Source: Takakia lepidozioides
Taxonomy: Eukaryota > Plantae > Bryophyta
NCBI GenBank assembly: GCA_030704615.1
Contig: CM060734.1
Location: 55,738,001-55,802,000 of the forward strand
Length of the DNA: 64,000 bases
Direction: 5' to 3'
Numbering within the stretch: position 1 is the stretch's first letter; each line of letters begins with the position of its first letter. Shown piece by piece: positions 40,561-64,000 of the stretch. A program made the position numbers and the translations under genes. The notes beneath the pieces were generated by a model that made no database searches, was not told the origin of the DNA, and saw only the letters and a program-made list of their open reading frames with translations.

Positions 40561-41988
40561 AGATTATGCCATTGGGAAGGATCTGTAACTTTGTACCTTG
40601 TATGTGTTGAGGCATCACAAAGATCCTGTAGCCTGTGTAAACCAGAAAGAAAAGGGAGGGAGCATGAATGAGTGGTGATGTAAAATCCATGTGATTCAAG
40701 TGCTGAGCCGGAGTGCTTGCACCCAAGCATGGAGATCGGTGACAATCACAAGACGTGATGCAATCTGTAGTGTCACCTTTTCATGAGGCTGTAGGCTGTA
40801 GGCTGTAGGTGGCTCATTCCTAACACATATGCTCCTTGTTAATTTTGGACTGAGGGTAAGTAATTGTAGAGCATGAAATTGCACTTCCAACAAATTGTTT
40901 GCGATTGTATACAAAAGTCTAGAGGTGGGGTTGGCAGGTGTTTTATGGATGATCAAATTTTATTGAGTTCCTGGAAAATTGTCTGGGTCATTTTTAAGGC
41001 AAAGTCTGTCTGCTGAAGAGTACTTGGTGGCCTTATTTGGTGTAACGATCAGGTTCTGAATCTCCAACATCCAACATTTTATCAGTGTGACCAGTATATT
41101 GTACATTATACTCTTTCACCAGAGATGTAATCAGCTTTCCATTACTGCACATGCCATGGCCAGATGGGTGAAAGGATATGACAGTGTCAACCAGTATAAA
41201 ACTGCCATTAAGCAAGCTGGCCTTTATTCTCCTCTTCCCAAGTGCATGATGAACCTCTAGCATTCAGTGATGCGGTGATGTGGTGATGTGGTGCTGCTTC
41301 TCCTACCACTTTGTGAGACCCTCTCCTGCAGTTGACAAAACAAATAATGGGATGGAAGAGGAACACTTTTGTACACACAAGACCTAAGTTTATCCTTTAG
41401 TCATGTGCAGATAAGAGACACTGAAACACAATGCAAAGCGTGCTCTACTGTTTGCGATACTTGTAACACAGTATATGACCACTCCTGGAGCAAGAAACAA
41501 TCCGTTAAAAGCTTGAGAAGCCAAAGTCTTTTCTCAAGTTTGTGTGCAGGATTTCTCTGTGACCCTCCTCTATCAGTGCCATGGCTGAGATGGAGGCATC
41601 AAAGTGAGAAGAGACTGTCCGAGACTGCAGCATTAGTATGTCGATGAGAAAGAGGTCTGCAGTCTGTACGAAGAAGCGAAGCCCGAGTTCAAAATGTTGA
41701 AAAAGAAGTTTTCGAACGTTGCAGTCGTGAGGTGGGCAATTCGGGGTTCAAACCGGCGGCCTTTCAATCAAAGGGATTGGACAGAAAGGCATGAGAGAGG
41801 TCCTTGATGTGAAGCTGAAGATAAAAAAGGGACCTTGTAGTATGTAGATCGAGGTAGTTGAGGGAGCAAGACGAGCTGCGGGCTTCAAGATGTTTGAGAT
41901 CGGGCTAGTTTTGCTGAGTTCACACCAGATTTGAAGAATGGGTAGCATGCGTGAACTGCGTGATTAGAGATTGTGTGTGCAGGAAGAA

Positions 41989-52898
<10,910 letters not shown>

Positions 52899-54314
52899 TA
52901 AAGGTCATACTTATTTAGTTGTGCCAGAAATATATTCCTGTTACAACAGGTTCGTCAAGCCCAATTGAATTTTTGAGGGTGGACAGTTCATATGTCGGAG
53001 CGCATGTTCTTGTGCTTCATCCTTTGACACAACCACCCAAAAGAAATCCTCACATATGTATTGAGACAGGTATGTTGCACAAGGGGTCAGGAAGCTGAAG
53101 TTTCTCTATTGGAGAGGAAACAGCCAGAGTGAGCTAAAGAGACGTGATTTCATCCTCGATGAACCAAATCATAATGCAGTGTAGTCCCAGTTTGACAGAA
53201 ACTGCATGAATGTCTTCCCAGTGCTGGAGGAAATAGGGGGTTTTGCCTCTGCATTGTGCCTATTCCCATGGGTGCCCAAAGCGCGAAAGACTGAGATGCC
53301 TGTCAGTCAGTCATTCACAAATTTGTTCTCTCAAGTTTATATAGTTTCCAATTTCACCTGCTAATACAGCCAGGTCAACCAGATGCATTGGGAGAAGCCA
53401 TGTCTGAGACAGAAATCAGCTTTATTTTGCTAAGGCAAGCCTTCCATGGGTGGGATCCCACCCATCAACTGAAAACTTTTGAGCTTCTTGTCATCACACA
53501 CCTCACTTCATCTCTAATGGCACCCACATAAGTGTGTGCCTGACAATCATGTCATTTATGAGCTGCTTGCAATAACATTCTCTCCATTGCCCATATCAAT
53601 GCTGTTTTGCTCTTGGACGACACACATAAAGGAAGTGCAATGAAATTCAGGTTGTGGCCTGCTTTGCAAGAGTATATATTGTACAAAGACCTGGAGTATC
53701 TCAGTATCATCCTTTCGAACTGTAAAGTGTCCATCTTTAGAATGGCAAGTAAAGGTGTAGGCCTACTTATGATGCACTGAATGCAACGTTCTTCAAGAAA
53801 TCAATGATAGAATTTAAGAAAATGAGGGCGTGCTCAACGTTGATGGCTGCCTTCCCCGTCCTTATAAATTTCTCGGAGAGAGCCAACGTGGACGTGTGGA
53901 TTAGAGGTGCAAGGTGTTTGCGTACAAAGGTCAGGATTGGGCCTACCACTCTACTAAATTGGCACACTCAACCCGGAAAGGAAAGAAAGTGATCAGAATA
54001 TGTACAGCAGTTTCAATTTGGTATGGGCTGGAATTTGTCAGGCTTTTTGGACGACGATGTCTTTCTCTGTGTCTTGTGGATTGAACGGAGCTTGAAAGGC
54101 CTTTCTGTGTACATTTCTTATCAAGCAAAACATGACTGTTGAAGGGCAACAAATGTATGAGTAGGTATGGCATCGGACTAGAATTGTTGCACTCCTGCCT
54201 CCTGCCCCACACCCGCCTCTCTTTCTGTGCAGGATCCGTAAGCCATGGCCCACTGCCAGATGCAGATTTACTCGGATCACTTGCTGGGAAAAGCATGGAA
54301 CAAATCTGGCCATC

Positions 54315-54880
54315 GTACCAACTCTTACCAGCCATAAAGCTCTGATGCCAAGAAGGATCAGAGGTATGCATCCCAATCCCATATAAAGTGGTCTCCAGCT
54401 CAAATTCCTTAGTTGATGTGGAAGTCATCTTATGAAGCCGGAAGTTGGGAGTCGGTGAGATGTCTTTGCTGATGATAGGGGAGGGATGGAAAGTGGTGGG
54501 TAAGAAGAGATTGCACATGCATGATTTCTTATTAAGAGCTGACTTAAGGCCAATGATCCAGCCTATTCATCATCTTCCTTATCTTTACTTTGTAGCCTCG
54601 GTCGAGAACATCTGCAGTAACATCCCACTGGATCTCACATGCGCCCATGTCAGTCACGAGGCCCACCTCTGCAATGGTGCCACTCTGGTAGCCCTGCTGC
54701 CACCCCGGAGGTTTATGACTTATGATGGCTTCGCCGCTGGCAGCAGCCAACAAGATCACTGAATAAGTAATGCCCCTAGCATCAGCCTCAGCCTTCAGGC
54801 CAATGCAGTCCACTGACCTCGCCTGTCAGTGGATTTTGTGCTTCTCTACATGTTCCCATTAGATTGGTTGAGTAGATTTC
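54315..54880 (-). pseudogene. Possible divergent ricin-B/Euonymus-lectin (EUL/R40)-like pseudogene
   Basis: KAEADARGITYSVILLAAASGEAIISH..EVGLV..IQWDVTADVLDRGYK loosely parallels the EUL pattern VKDEEG..FALVNKATGEAIKH..VQLV..LWTES.DLGDGF. Frameshifts and stops flank it. By-eye similarity only. Confidence 0.3.
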
Positions 54881-57747
54881 TGCATCTCCATTATTGTCCG
54901 GAGGGCATCCTAAGCTGCAATCTACTTCAGGCTAGTCTCTGTGAAGGAATTTCTAGGTAAACCATGAGTTGTATAACAAGACGACACAGCCGACAAGTTA
55001 CTCTACGCAGACACTAACTCTTACCTCCCATGGTCAGAAATAGCGGAGCTGGAAACTCTGTTTCCAAACCTCAAAGTACAGCTGCGCCTTGCTCGACAAA
55101 GATGGTAAGAACAAGGACGGGCGGCAATCAAGCCGAGCTCTGGACGGCTTTTAGCCTACATCGTGCCTGGTATCCCTTCACAGATCACGGCTGGAAGCTG
55201 ACCCCAGCCTGACCTCTGCCCATCCAGGCCTGAGTGTTTCTGGCACTTTCTGCGTGTGCCAAACTAACACGGACTCCGTGGATGGCGCTGCCATGCCAGA
55301 GCTTGAGGAAGCAGAGAAACACTATTCCTGGCACAAAACAATCATCACCCACAAATATTTTGCACACGAGCTCGCTGGCCGAGGGTGATGAGGGGTGTGC
55401 ATCCTTCAATGACCCAGTGTGCTTTCACACCAAGTTTTACAAACAAATGAAATGACACGGTACTTGCTCAAAGCTCAAAGAGCTTACGAGACAAGAGGAA
55501 GCATGAAACGAGAAACACCGAGGGCCCCCCCCCCCCCGACAAGCAGCCCGAAGACGACTGTTGCTCAGGAAAGAAGAAGTCTTGGAAGACAAAGAACATT
55601 CAACTATACAACTCTACAGTCACTGTCACTGACCCACAACTCTGTGTGTTCTCTGTGCAACTTTCTTTCTAAGGAAATTGGAGGATAACCCACATTCAGT
55701 AAACTTAGGCCTTCTAACCAGAGTTACTCTTTCATCGTTCGGTTGTCACTGCCATCTACAAATATTATTTGTTCTGTATGGTATAACATGCAAGTATATA
55801 TATATGTCTTGTTGGAAAATGTTATAGGCAGGCAAGATTGAGTGCTACAAACGGGTGTGATTAGCTTTCTCGTACGTAAATGGCTCAATGGGTTATACTG
55901 TAACCAGCATGTGGATACACGTCACAAATGTTCTTGCGGATCTTAAAGGTCTCCGACCGGTGTGCATTGACGTCCAACACACGGAACAGTTTTGAAGAGA
56001 AGATTACATAATAGGCAAGGTCTTGCAATTCGTAGTATTTTACGTGCATTGAGATTCCATAGCCGAAAGACTAGGCCAAGGTGGAATTCTAGTGGCGTCA
56101 CTCCCTAATCCACTCCATTTCAGTCCGCCTATGCTGAATCTTATTGCACCTTTACTTTTTGCTATACTTGGAAATCCTGTCCGGGAATCCCTCTCTAGAT
56201 TACAAAGGAAATTTCTGTGAAATGTTTTTGAAGGAGTCTGTTTTGAACAACCCTTGGGTTTCAATCATGTGATTCATCACTGTGCCAAATGTGACACAAA
56301 TTTGTCATTGTGAATGTTTGGGTTTTACTAGTTTCACCAGCTACAATCACTGAGGGGTGCACAGCTGGTGGGTGGGGACAGGGAGAGCGAGAGAGCGCAG
56401 CATGGCCTGCAGGCTGTCTAGTCTGCGGCGCTCTGCGGGGGCCTGCCACGCACGCCCTGCCACCTCCCCACACTCCTGCTGCAATCTACCTTACTAGCAA
56501 GCAGACAAGCTCCACAGATAATGCGCCATGGAGCGTTACATGCGCTTCTTCATGGTGACATCAAGGCAAAGGAGGCCAGCAGATGAACAATACATGTAGC
56601 CTGTAGGTGTGGAATACTTGGAAGATGGGCTCAGGATTTTTCGTTCCTGATCAGGACAGCGCTATATCTGAGCCGATTAAAGCTGACAGCGCATTCATGT
56701 CAGCATTAACGCGCACATAATCTTGCTCGACAAATGCGGGTACTTGCTCCGCCAGGAGTTACCGCATCAAAGCTATGTTGATCAGGGAGATCACTCGCAG
56801 TCAAACTGCAGAGCCATGAAACAATGGTGTGAAGGTGAATGAAGATGAAGTGAGGCAGCAGCTGGCGGCTGACTTGGTGAACGAGGAAGGAGGAGAAAGA
56901 GCACGTGGCAGGGGGCACAGGCAGTCACAAGTGGAAATATGGTAATAACTGGCTTGCACGCTATGTTGTAGCGGCCCCACCAGCCGAGGCACGGCATTCT
57001 AGTTGCGCTCACGCAATCCCGAGCCTAGTCGGCTCTCCTTTCTCATCTCGACAGCACTTCTCTAGGAGGACTCAAGCGAGGCTTTACAACCGGCTGCGGC
57101 TTAGCCATTTAAACTAGAATCTCCTCGGCTGTGCGGCCTGTTGATAGTGAGCAGTAGAATTGGTTGACAAGGGTATTGTTTGGAGCCTGCAGGAAGACTG
57201 GGTTGCAGCACAGCAGGGCTGCGGCATACTGGTATGCAGAAAAGTGGGAGTGGTCGCAAGTACAGAGCCTGTTTGCTTCTTTTGCAGAGTGTGCTCTAGC
57301 AGAATCACTGGGCGCAGTCTAGATCCACACGCAGACTTGCTACCCTGGAAGAGCAGTGACTAGTTAGTCAGTTGACGGGGAATCTCAGAAGCTACCGTGT
57401 CGTTCTTCGCATTTGCGTGCTGTCGGGAGATCTAGAGAATCGTATTAGGGATCCTATATTTCTTTTAGCTAACAGTGTGTCTATTTTGTCACTCCGATCT
57501 TTTCTCAGTCATCTTCTGTTTGTGTCTTCTTTTGAATGTATGGATTTCTTTTTATGGCATGAACGGGTTGTGCTCCTGGTTTTCACAACAGGTTATTTTT
57601 TGCGGGGGAGTTGAATGTTGAATACTGTGTCCTGGAGACTCTGAGTTGCCATCCTTCTGAGCCAGTGCGTTTTTGGTTTCTACCGACCACACCATCCAGG
57701 TTTTGGAGAAGGAAGTTGTTTTACCATCTAGGGAAGGGATCGTAACG

Positions 57748-59793
57748 ATGAGTACTTTCTGGAAGTCCAAAGTGCTTCCTAAGCTGAAAAAACTTGTGAA
57801 CAAGCCTGCGAAGAAGAAGGGGTCAGCAGACACAAACAAAGCCTTCGACGACCAAAAGGTACAATCGCAGCACTGCAAGTCAAGCCAATTCCGGTTCTAT
57901 TGATCGTTTTCAGCACCGGCTTCCTGCTTTCAAGAATACGTCATCTTTCTGTTGGCGGAAGAGTTAAAGTAGTCATCGGATTTTTTCCCTGTCTCGGACG
58001 CTTAAAATTCTATGCAAATGGTAGTAACAAGTGGGTGCGATCGTCATGGTCGACTTTGTGAGTACTTAGTCTATGGATCTAGTCGAAAGACGTTTGGACA
58101 TTCTCCTGCCATGTTAGAGAATTCTTTATCCTAGTGACTAATATGGCGAGCTTACAAGCCTTTGTCTCAACATAGAGGTCGTAGTAAGAGCTCATCCCTT
58201 CACGACTGGACGATAAGACAGCCAGCGCATCTATTAAGTTTGTGCCTGCACACGTTGGAAATAGCTTGCAAGCGGGCTTCAAGGGTAGCACCTGATAAGG
58301 GGTAATTTCTTTTCAGGAAATAATCCTTGCTCAAATAGAGGAGCAGAAGGTGGAACTACAAGTGAAGGTGGTAGAGATATACAAGTCTGCCACCCCCGAG
58401 ATTCAGGTATCTTCACCAGTTGGTTCAGCGCTGTTTGTGAAATGCCTCAACAACTCTGTCTCTCCAACTTGGTCCCATCCTATTTTGGTGTTGTGTATGA
58501 TTGGTATAATTCATGTTGCGCTAGGCCATGTAAAATTTTCTGGACTGAACCTCTTTTCTGAAGAGGTCTGAAAAGAGAGTGCAGATCTGATAACAGCTGT
58601 TCTCGTTGTGCCTATTTTCAGGGTTTGTTGAAGGAGCCAACAGAAGAGGGCGTGAAGGCTAAGGGGATTTATGTTGAGACCCTGCTGGAACGGCTCGTCA
58701 CAGCAGGTGAATCTTTACCTCGTAGTTTTAGAAGTATTGTAAGTCACTCTCCTATAACCAGCAGGAAGATTATGTACAGAACTGAGCAAAAGTATAACAC
58801 ATCTCATTTGGAAGTGGTGGTCCGTACGGATTGTATTTGTGTTGTGCTCATCCACGCAAGATCCACGGAGAGGTACTAATCTTTGAAGGTATTTCCCCAG
58901 ATTTAGTTTCTTGCAAGTCAGATATACTCCCAAGCTCAAAGTTGTCATTGAAGAAAAAGGGTTGAGACGATACATAGACTGCATGTAGCAGTGTAGAATA
59001 TACACATTTAACGACAGTGAAAGGTTAGAGCTATGGGGACAGTCCTGACTGGTCCTCACCAGAGAGATGCACACGCAATTAGCAATATGTACAAGCCCAG
59101 GCCTTGTATAGGAGCAGTCCAAAGAGCTGCTAACAACTCTATGGCAACCTCAAAGATGATTTGAAATCCTTGTTTGATGACCTCATTCTATCGACACAAA
59201 ATGGACCACAAGCATGTCTGGGTTTGGCTGATGGAAATGTCCAGACAGCTGGTGGGTTACAACAAGCCCATTAGTCTGAACTGTTTCTGGGTGGCCCTTC
59301 AGGTCCTCAGTATGGATGTAAAAGAAATCTTTCTACTGTCTACCTTGGGAGGGAGGAGGCCTATGGGTTTATACAGATACACGTTCATACAGTTTCACCT
59401 CCTCTCAACGCTTGTCACTAAATCAAAACTTGTGAAACAGGTGTCCCTGGAGTACAGATCTTGAGTGATGGAGCGTCCAAGTATGGAACATCACTATTGG
59501 TAGGGTCAATCACCTTCTTGCTGCAGAAAACAGCTGTTTTCGTGGAAGGTGAGCCAGCTCCTGTAGTTGCCTCTAAGGAGGTGGAGGCCTCAGCTCCTGC
59601 AGCAGATACCACTGAAGCTCCAGTTGAGGCGGCTCCTGATCCACCAGTCATAGAGGAGGTTACCCCAGTTGAGGCAACCACGGAGACAGTTGAAGCACCA
59701 CCTGCGGATTCTGCACCTGAGGCAGCTCCTGCTCCTGCTCCTACTCCTGCTCCAGAGGCCACACCCGAGTCTCAACCTCCAGCAGCCACCTAA
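57748..59793 (+). CDS. DREPP / plasma membrane-associated cation-binding protein (PCaP1-like), 4 exons
   Basis: Exons 57748-57858, 58317-58406, 58622-58706, 59441-59793. FWKSKVLPKLKKL..KAFDDQKE..IEEQKVELQVKVVEIY..ITFLLQKTAVF followed by an E/P/A-rich tail. Confidence 0.9.
59106..59185 (+). repeat. 80-bp dispersed repeat, copy 1 (DREPP intron 3)
   Basis: 76/80 identical by eye to 62707-62786. Confidence 0.92.
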
Positions 59794-60753
59794 AGTGTAA
59801 ATCTTGTGTGCCAAAACAGTGTGGGTAGCATTGGGTTGACCTGCCTCATCTGGGCCAAGGTTTCTCTATAAACTGGCAGACAGATCGGCTACAACGTTGA
59901 ATATTTGGATACCAACAGCTTTAGCAATGGCTCGCCTATGAGCATTGCAGTAGTCATGAAACTTCCAAAGTTTTCGCTGTGCATATTAGCTCTGGGATTA
60001 TTTTTGTTCATTTGCCCAACATACTAGACATTCTTTGAGACTCCCGTTGGACTTTGGATAGTGTTGTGCACAGCTTCTAATTCATTTGTAATTAGCCTCA
60101 AAATTTTCTTACTGACCCTTATCTGGGGAATGTAATCTGTCTGACACAATAAAAAGCTTACGCCTTGCTTTCAGAGTCGACATCCTTGCTTTGATTTCCC
60201 CAGGCATTGTTGTTCCTCCAGCTTTTGGAGGTGTAAATGGATGGGGAATGTGCAGGTCTCTGTGAAGACAGCATTGCAAGAAGGTGTCTGTAGTGAGAGG
60301 TGCTTTATGTGAAGGACCAAGGTAGTCATCATAATGGTCGGTTATGCAGGAAGTCACTATTGTTGCTGGCCCATCATGGATGCTCACAATCTGTATGAAT
60401 CGATTGTAGAAGTCGCAAGAGCTATGCCACCTGCTGGTAGGCATCTTCTGTTGAATTTTGTCACTGATGTTTATGAAGGCAATGGCGGTGACAGATCCAG
60501 AAAGCTAGTTGCAGAAAGCTAGTTTCTCACCTGTCTCTCTCCTTCTACGCAGTGTGTTTGCTTCTTAATGAACAATTTTAAAATCCGAATGCTATAGTAT
60601 CAAGATCCAACCACCCCTGCAGTACTAAGCATTACTGATCAGCCTTGCCACAAGGTTTGCTCACTAAAATTGGAAACGAGTTCACAAGATTTCAAAAAAG
60701 CTGCTACCAAACATTGCATTCCCTGTACCCAAGAACTAGACCTTTTCATGAGC

Positions 60754-61214
60754 CTAAACCTTTGTATTCTCTACGGCCCAATGTCCAGGAGGGTAGTCAT
60801 AGTCACTATCAGTGCTAAAAGAATCATCATAATCAGGAGTATCCCTAGAAGATCCCTCTCCCGCCCGCTCCTTGCACCTCTCCATCAGCCACTCAAAATA
60901 ATGGTCATCACGGTGCAGCTGATCAAGATCGTGTTTCTGCTCCATGTACTTGGGATGCTGCCGCATCGGGTACCACAAGTCGTGGAACCTTGCCAGAGCA
61001 ATCAAGATCGTGTTTCTGCTCCATATACTTGGGATGCTGCCGGGTACCACAAGTCGAGGAACCTTGCCAGAGCTCTCTCAACATGAACACTCAACATGAA
61101 CACCGTATCCTTCTCAATCTTCCATTTGACCTGCTGGGTACCCGGCCTCCTCCTGTAATCAGTAATCAGCAACGCACCAATGTCATATGCCTCCTGTAAC
61201 CAACAGGACTTCAC
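60754..61214 (-). pseudogene. Unidentified coding-like relic broken by a ~79-bp tandem duplication
   Basis: 60922-60999 is repeated at 61001-61073 with a 5-nt deletion. The peptide ALARF(H/L)DLWYP appears twice, followed by an acidic tail. Confidence 0.4.
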
Positions 61215-61529
61215 CGTCAGAAATGATTTTTTTATTAGTGATTTTTAGGTTTATCACAACCTGTCAGGCACAACCTCATGAATGACTATTTTTGAAACTT
61301 TTGAGCACACCTCACCACAACCATGAGCATGATTTGTCAACTTGAACAAATGCTAGTTTATGCCGCAATGTGTGAGATATGGTGTTCCATATTTTCGTTG
61401 ATATTGAGACAGCTGCACGAAGCAGCAGTAAGCAAAGCTTAACTAGTTAAAAAACAGACAAACCTTTTATTTGAACTCTTAGCCTTTCTTCACACCTTGC
61501 CATGTTCAACACCCACCCATCCTACGCAC

Positions 61530-62565
61530 TATGCTCTGAGCTGACTGATCATTTCAGCGTACAGTCGCAGGGTGTAGAGGAAATTCATCAGTGGTACCAG
61601 GCACAATTACGCGAAAGGCCTTCATGGCCTTGTCATACATGATTGCCGTTGACACTGCAGTCACCCACGATAACTTCTGTGAGTTTGTGTTAAGCTGTTT
61701 GTCTAGGCCGGGGGGAGAGAGGGCCATAAAAGCAATTGGTGGTTTGTCTGAAGATGGACAGGTCTGGTTTACCTTGTTGACGAAGCTTGGCACACTGCTG
61801 CACTACGCAGACTCCAATATTTGAGAACAACTTGCAACTTGGCCCACAGGATCAACCACTACTTCTGGATTCCCACTGTCTCCTGATGCCGATAGCTGGC
61901 AATATCACAAGGGGGAGATTAGAACCAGGACAATGTGAGCACATGATGTACACACTGTGCTATCTCATGGACACTTTGGGCATAGTAAGTGACTCTTGGT
62001 CAATGACAGAGACCGGTTATAGACATTCATCCTTCAGATTTGACTATTTGGGAATATCAGTGGATTACTGCCACACAATTTCAAAGAATCTGTCAGACTT
62101 TTACATTATTCAATCAGAAAGCAGTATACCCTGAGAAGGAGCTAACCACAGAGTACTTACTTCGGGTCTGATAGGAAGTTCAAACAGATGTGGAATACAA
62201 ACTACTTCACCACCTGTACTCAGATTTGATACGGCCCCATCAAAACCACTAGTGAGAGAAACATGGTAGTCAAAATGGGCAGGAAGATATGGATTGTTTC
62301 AAAAGGTTGCACCATGACACACCCACACTAAAGCCATTGGAGGATGGCGGTGCATGTGAAACCATTAAGGCTGCAAGATAGCATGTTTTACCTGAAGGTG
62401 CAGTGCATAGCCCACATTCTTGTGCATTCGTTGGTAAAGATCTGCTTTGACTCACATTGAGGGATACAGTGATGCACATACCTCGGAACCCCAGCCCTGG
62501 CCAAAAGGTAGTAGCGCTTCCCATCAGCTTCGAAGAAGCACATATTCTCCACTACTGCACGGAAC
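61530..62565 (-). pseudogene. HCF101: HCF101 (plastid Fe-S scaffold, Mrp/NBP35 + DUF971) partial pseudogene with introns retained
   Basis: Four exon remnants in order: AVVENMCFFEADGKRYY; VVK*..IPHLFELPIRP; LSASGDSGNPEVVVDP../IGVCVVQQCAKLRQQ; VSTAIMYDKAMKAFRVIVPGTTDEFPLHPATVR*NDQSAQSI. Stops and frameshifts present. Confidence 0.88.
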
Positions 62566-62706
62566 CTGGGCACAAAAAACATCACCTATATGCGGGATGG
62601 ATTCTTACTTCTGCAAAGGTGTCCTAGATAGTCATCACTGGCCAGGACATGATCCAGTTAGTGAGTGAAGACTAAAAATGGAACAAACAGACCCCTTTAT
62701 ATTAAA

Positions 62707-62786
62707 GTATCGGAGCAGTCCAAAGAGCTGCTAACAACTCTATGGCAATCGCAAACATGATTTGAAATCCTTGTTTGATGACCTCA
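62707..62786 (+). repeat. 80-bp dispersed repeat, copy 2
   Basis: Matches 59106-59185. Confidence 0.92.
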
Positions 62787-63489
62787 AATGGACTGGCAGC
62801 TGCTGGACTTTCTCTGTTTGGAAAGTAAACATCATCAAAGCATTACTTATGTGCCCACAAAAAGACTCAAATGTTCAAGCATTCAAAACCTTCTAAAGTT
62901 ATAATCTCTTCATCCCCATGTTGAAAAAGTCTCACAATTTCTAGAAGCACCCCTAGGAAGGAATGTACCATGGTATGCTATGCCACACTAGCCTCAGGGC
63001 TTGGTTAATTTGGGTTGGGCAGAAAGCTAGTTGCAGGGAAAAATACTTAGAAAGAATGAGGCTCAATGATATGAGAAGTTGGGTAGTAAATGGCTTCCCT
63101 AGCAATCCATCAATGATGAAATTGAGTTCCAAATGCCCCTAAGGGAAAACCCTCACCACCTCCAAAGAAGAGTTCCGTATGGCTCCTCTTTGTGAAATAG
63201 TGGAATCTTCTTTCATCCTACTAAACTTGAAAGTTCATCCATTTATTTTTCATACATTGTTCGATAACAAATATGTTACTTGAGGGAGGTGTTTATCTCG
63301 AGAAGGCACATCATGGCAGCAAAGAGGTGACACCTGGGAAAGGCACAGGGAGGAGCGATTGTGGGTCTCCTATTTATAATAAAGAGGCCCAATCTATATA
63401 TGAAGCGAGAGTTTGTTTTGATGTTCAATAGAGAAAGTGTGGTCAAAGGATTGGTGTGTTGTGATGCCCCTTACTCTCACCTTATGCTT

Positions 63490-63860
63490 ATGTTTTGCCA
63501 AAGCAAGAGAGCCTATCGCTATGTTTAGGCTCGTTTTGTTTTGTAACGTCGTTGAGATCTCCCAACCGCGGGTCCCACCCCTGGTGCTTGGTGCCCTTGG
63601 AAAGCCCTTGATGAGGAGGGTGCACCGGCTTGGTCTCATGACTTTTGGACCTGCGTGTGGGAGATTTGGAATTTCAAGTACTTTGGGTAGCTGGAAATTC
63701 GCGAAAAATAGCAAAGTAGGCTTTCTGGGAGCAATGATTGGCCCTTCACGTTGGAGATTTGGAATTTCAAGTACTTCTGGTCATTGGAAATTTGCGAAAA
63801 AGCAAAGTGGACTTTGTTGGAACAATGATGTGGGGATCTCCCAAACTCTAAGTCTCTAGA
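63490..63860. repeat. Non-coding repetitive element with an internal ~80-bp duplication
   Basis: ggagatttggaatttcaagtactt..tggaaatt.gcgaaaaa..gcaaagt..caatgat at ~63660-63738 and ~63753-63829; gatctcccaa twice. Probably a non-autonomous transposon relic. Confidence 0.6.
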
Positions 63861-64000
63861 TGCATAAGGGATTGCATTTGAACTTAGATCACATTGGACA
63901 CCGGAGGTCACACTTGGGTCTCTACATGGGAGGATACATATGAGATTGCACTTGGGTTTTTTTTTCAATTCTTCACACACGTAGTAATGGCACAGGTTAC

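Noticed and set aside
55525-55537. Poly-C run as a functional element
   Set aside because: An isolated homopolymer with no supporting context; its length is prone to sequencing error.

Overview
Gene-dense nuclear DNA of a land plant. A non-seed plant, probably moss-like, is inferred from an intron-containing LISCL-type GRAS gene, PLS-DYW PPR relics and a nuclear plastid EF-Tu; the species cannot be determined from the sequence. Nine apparently intact protein genes can be assembled by hand: LARP6 (-), LISCL/SCL14-type GRAS factor with an 11 x 84-bp coding repeat (+), PTS2-bearing aspartate aminotransferase (-), WSS1-like DNA-protein crosslink protease (-), intronless DTD2/GEK1 (-), NAC-beta/BTF3 (-), plastid EF-Tu (+), DHX35/DEAH9 helicase (+) and a DREPP/PCaP1-like protein (+). 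Between them lie decayed PPR-DYW editing-factor copies, an HCF101 pseudogene, a LINE ORF1 fragment, a tRNA-derived SINE-like element and small duplications. The best candidate for a new system is the NAC-beta/DTD2 pair. DTD2 has no evident promoter of its own, but it has a splice acceptor 77 nt upstream of its ATG, and the frame from that acceptor is open and in phase with the NAC-beta exon-4 donor. This predicts a spliced NAC-beta-DTD2 fusion of about 455 aa, or alternatively a dicistronic transcript. It is an inference that needs RNA evidence. All gene models and family calls were made by eye without database searches.
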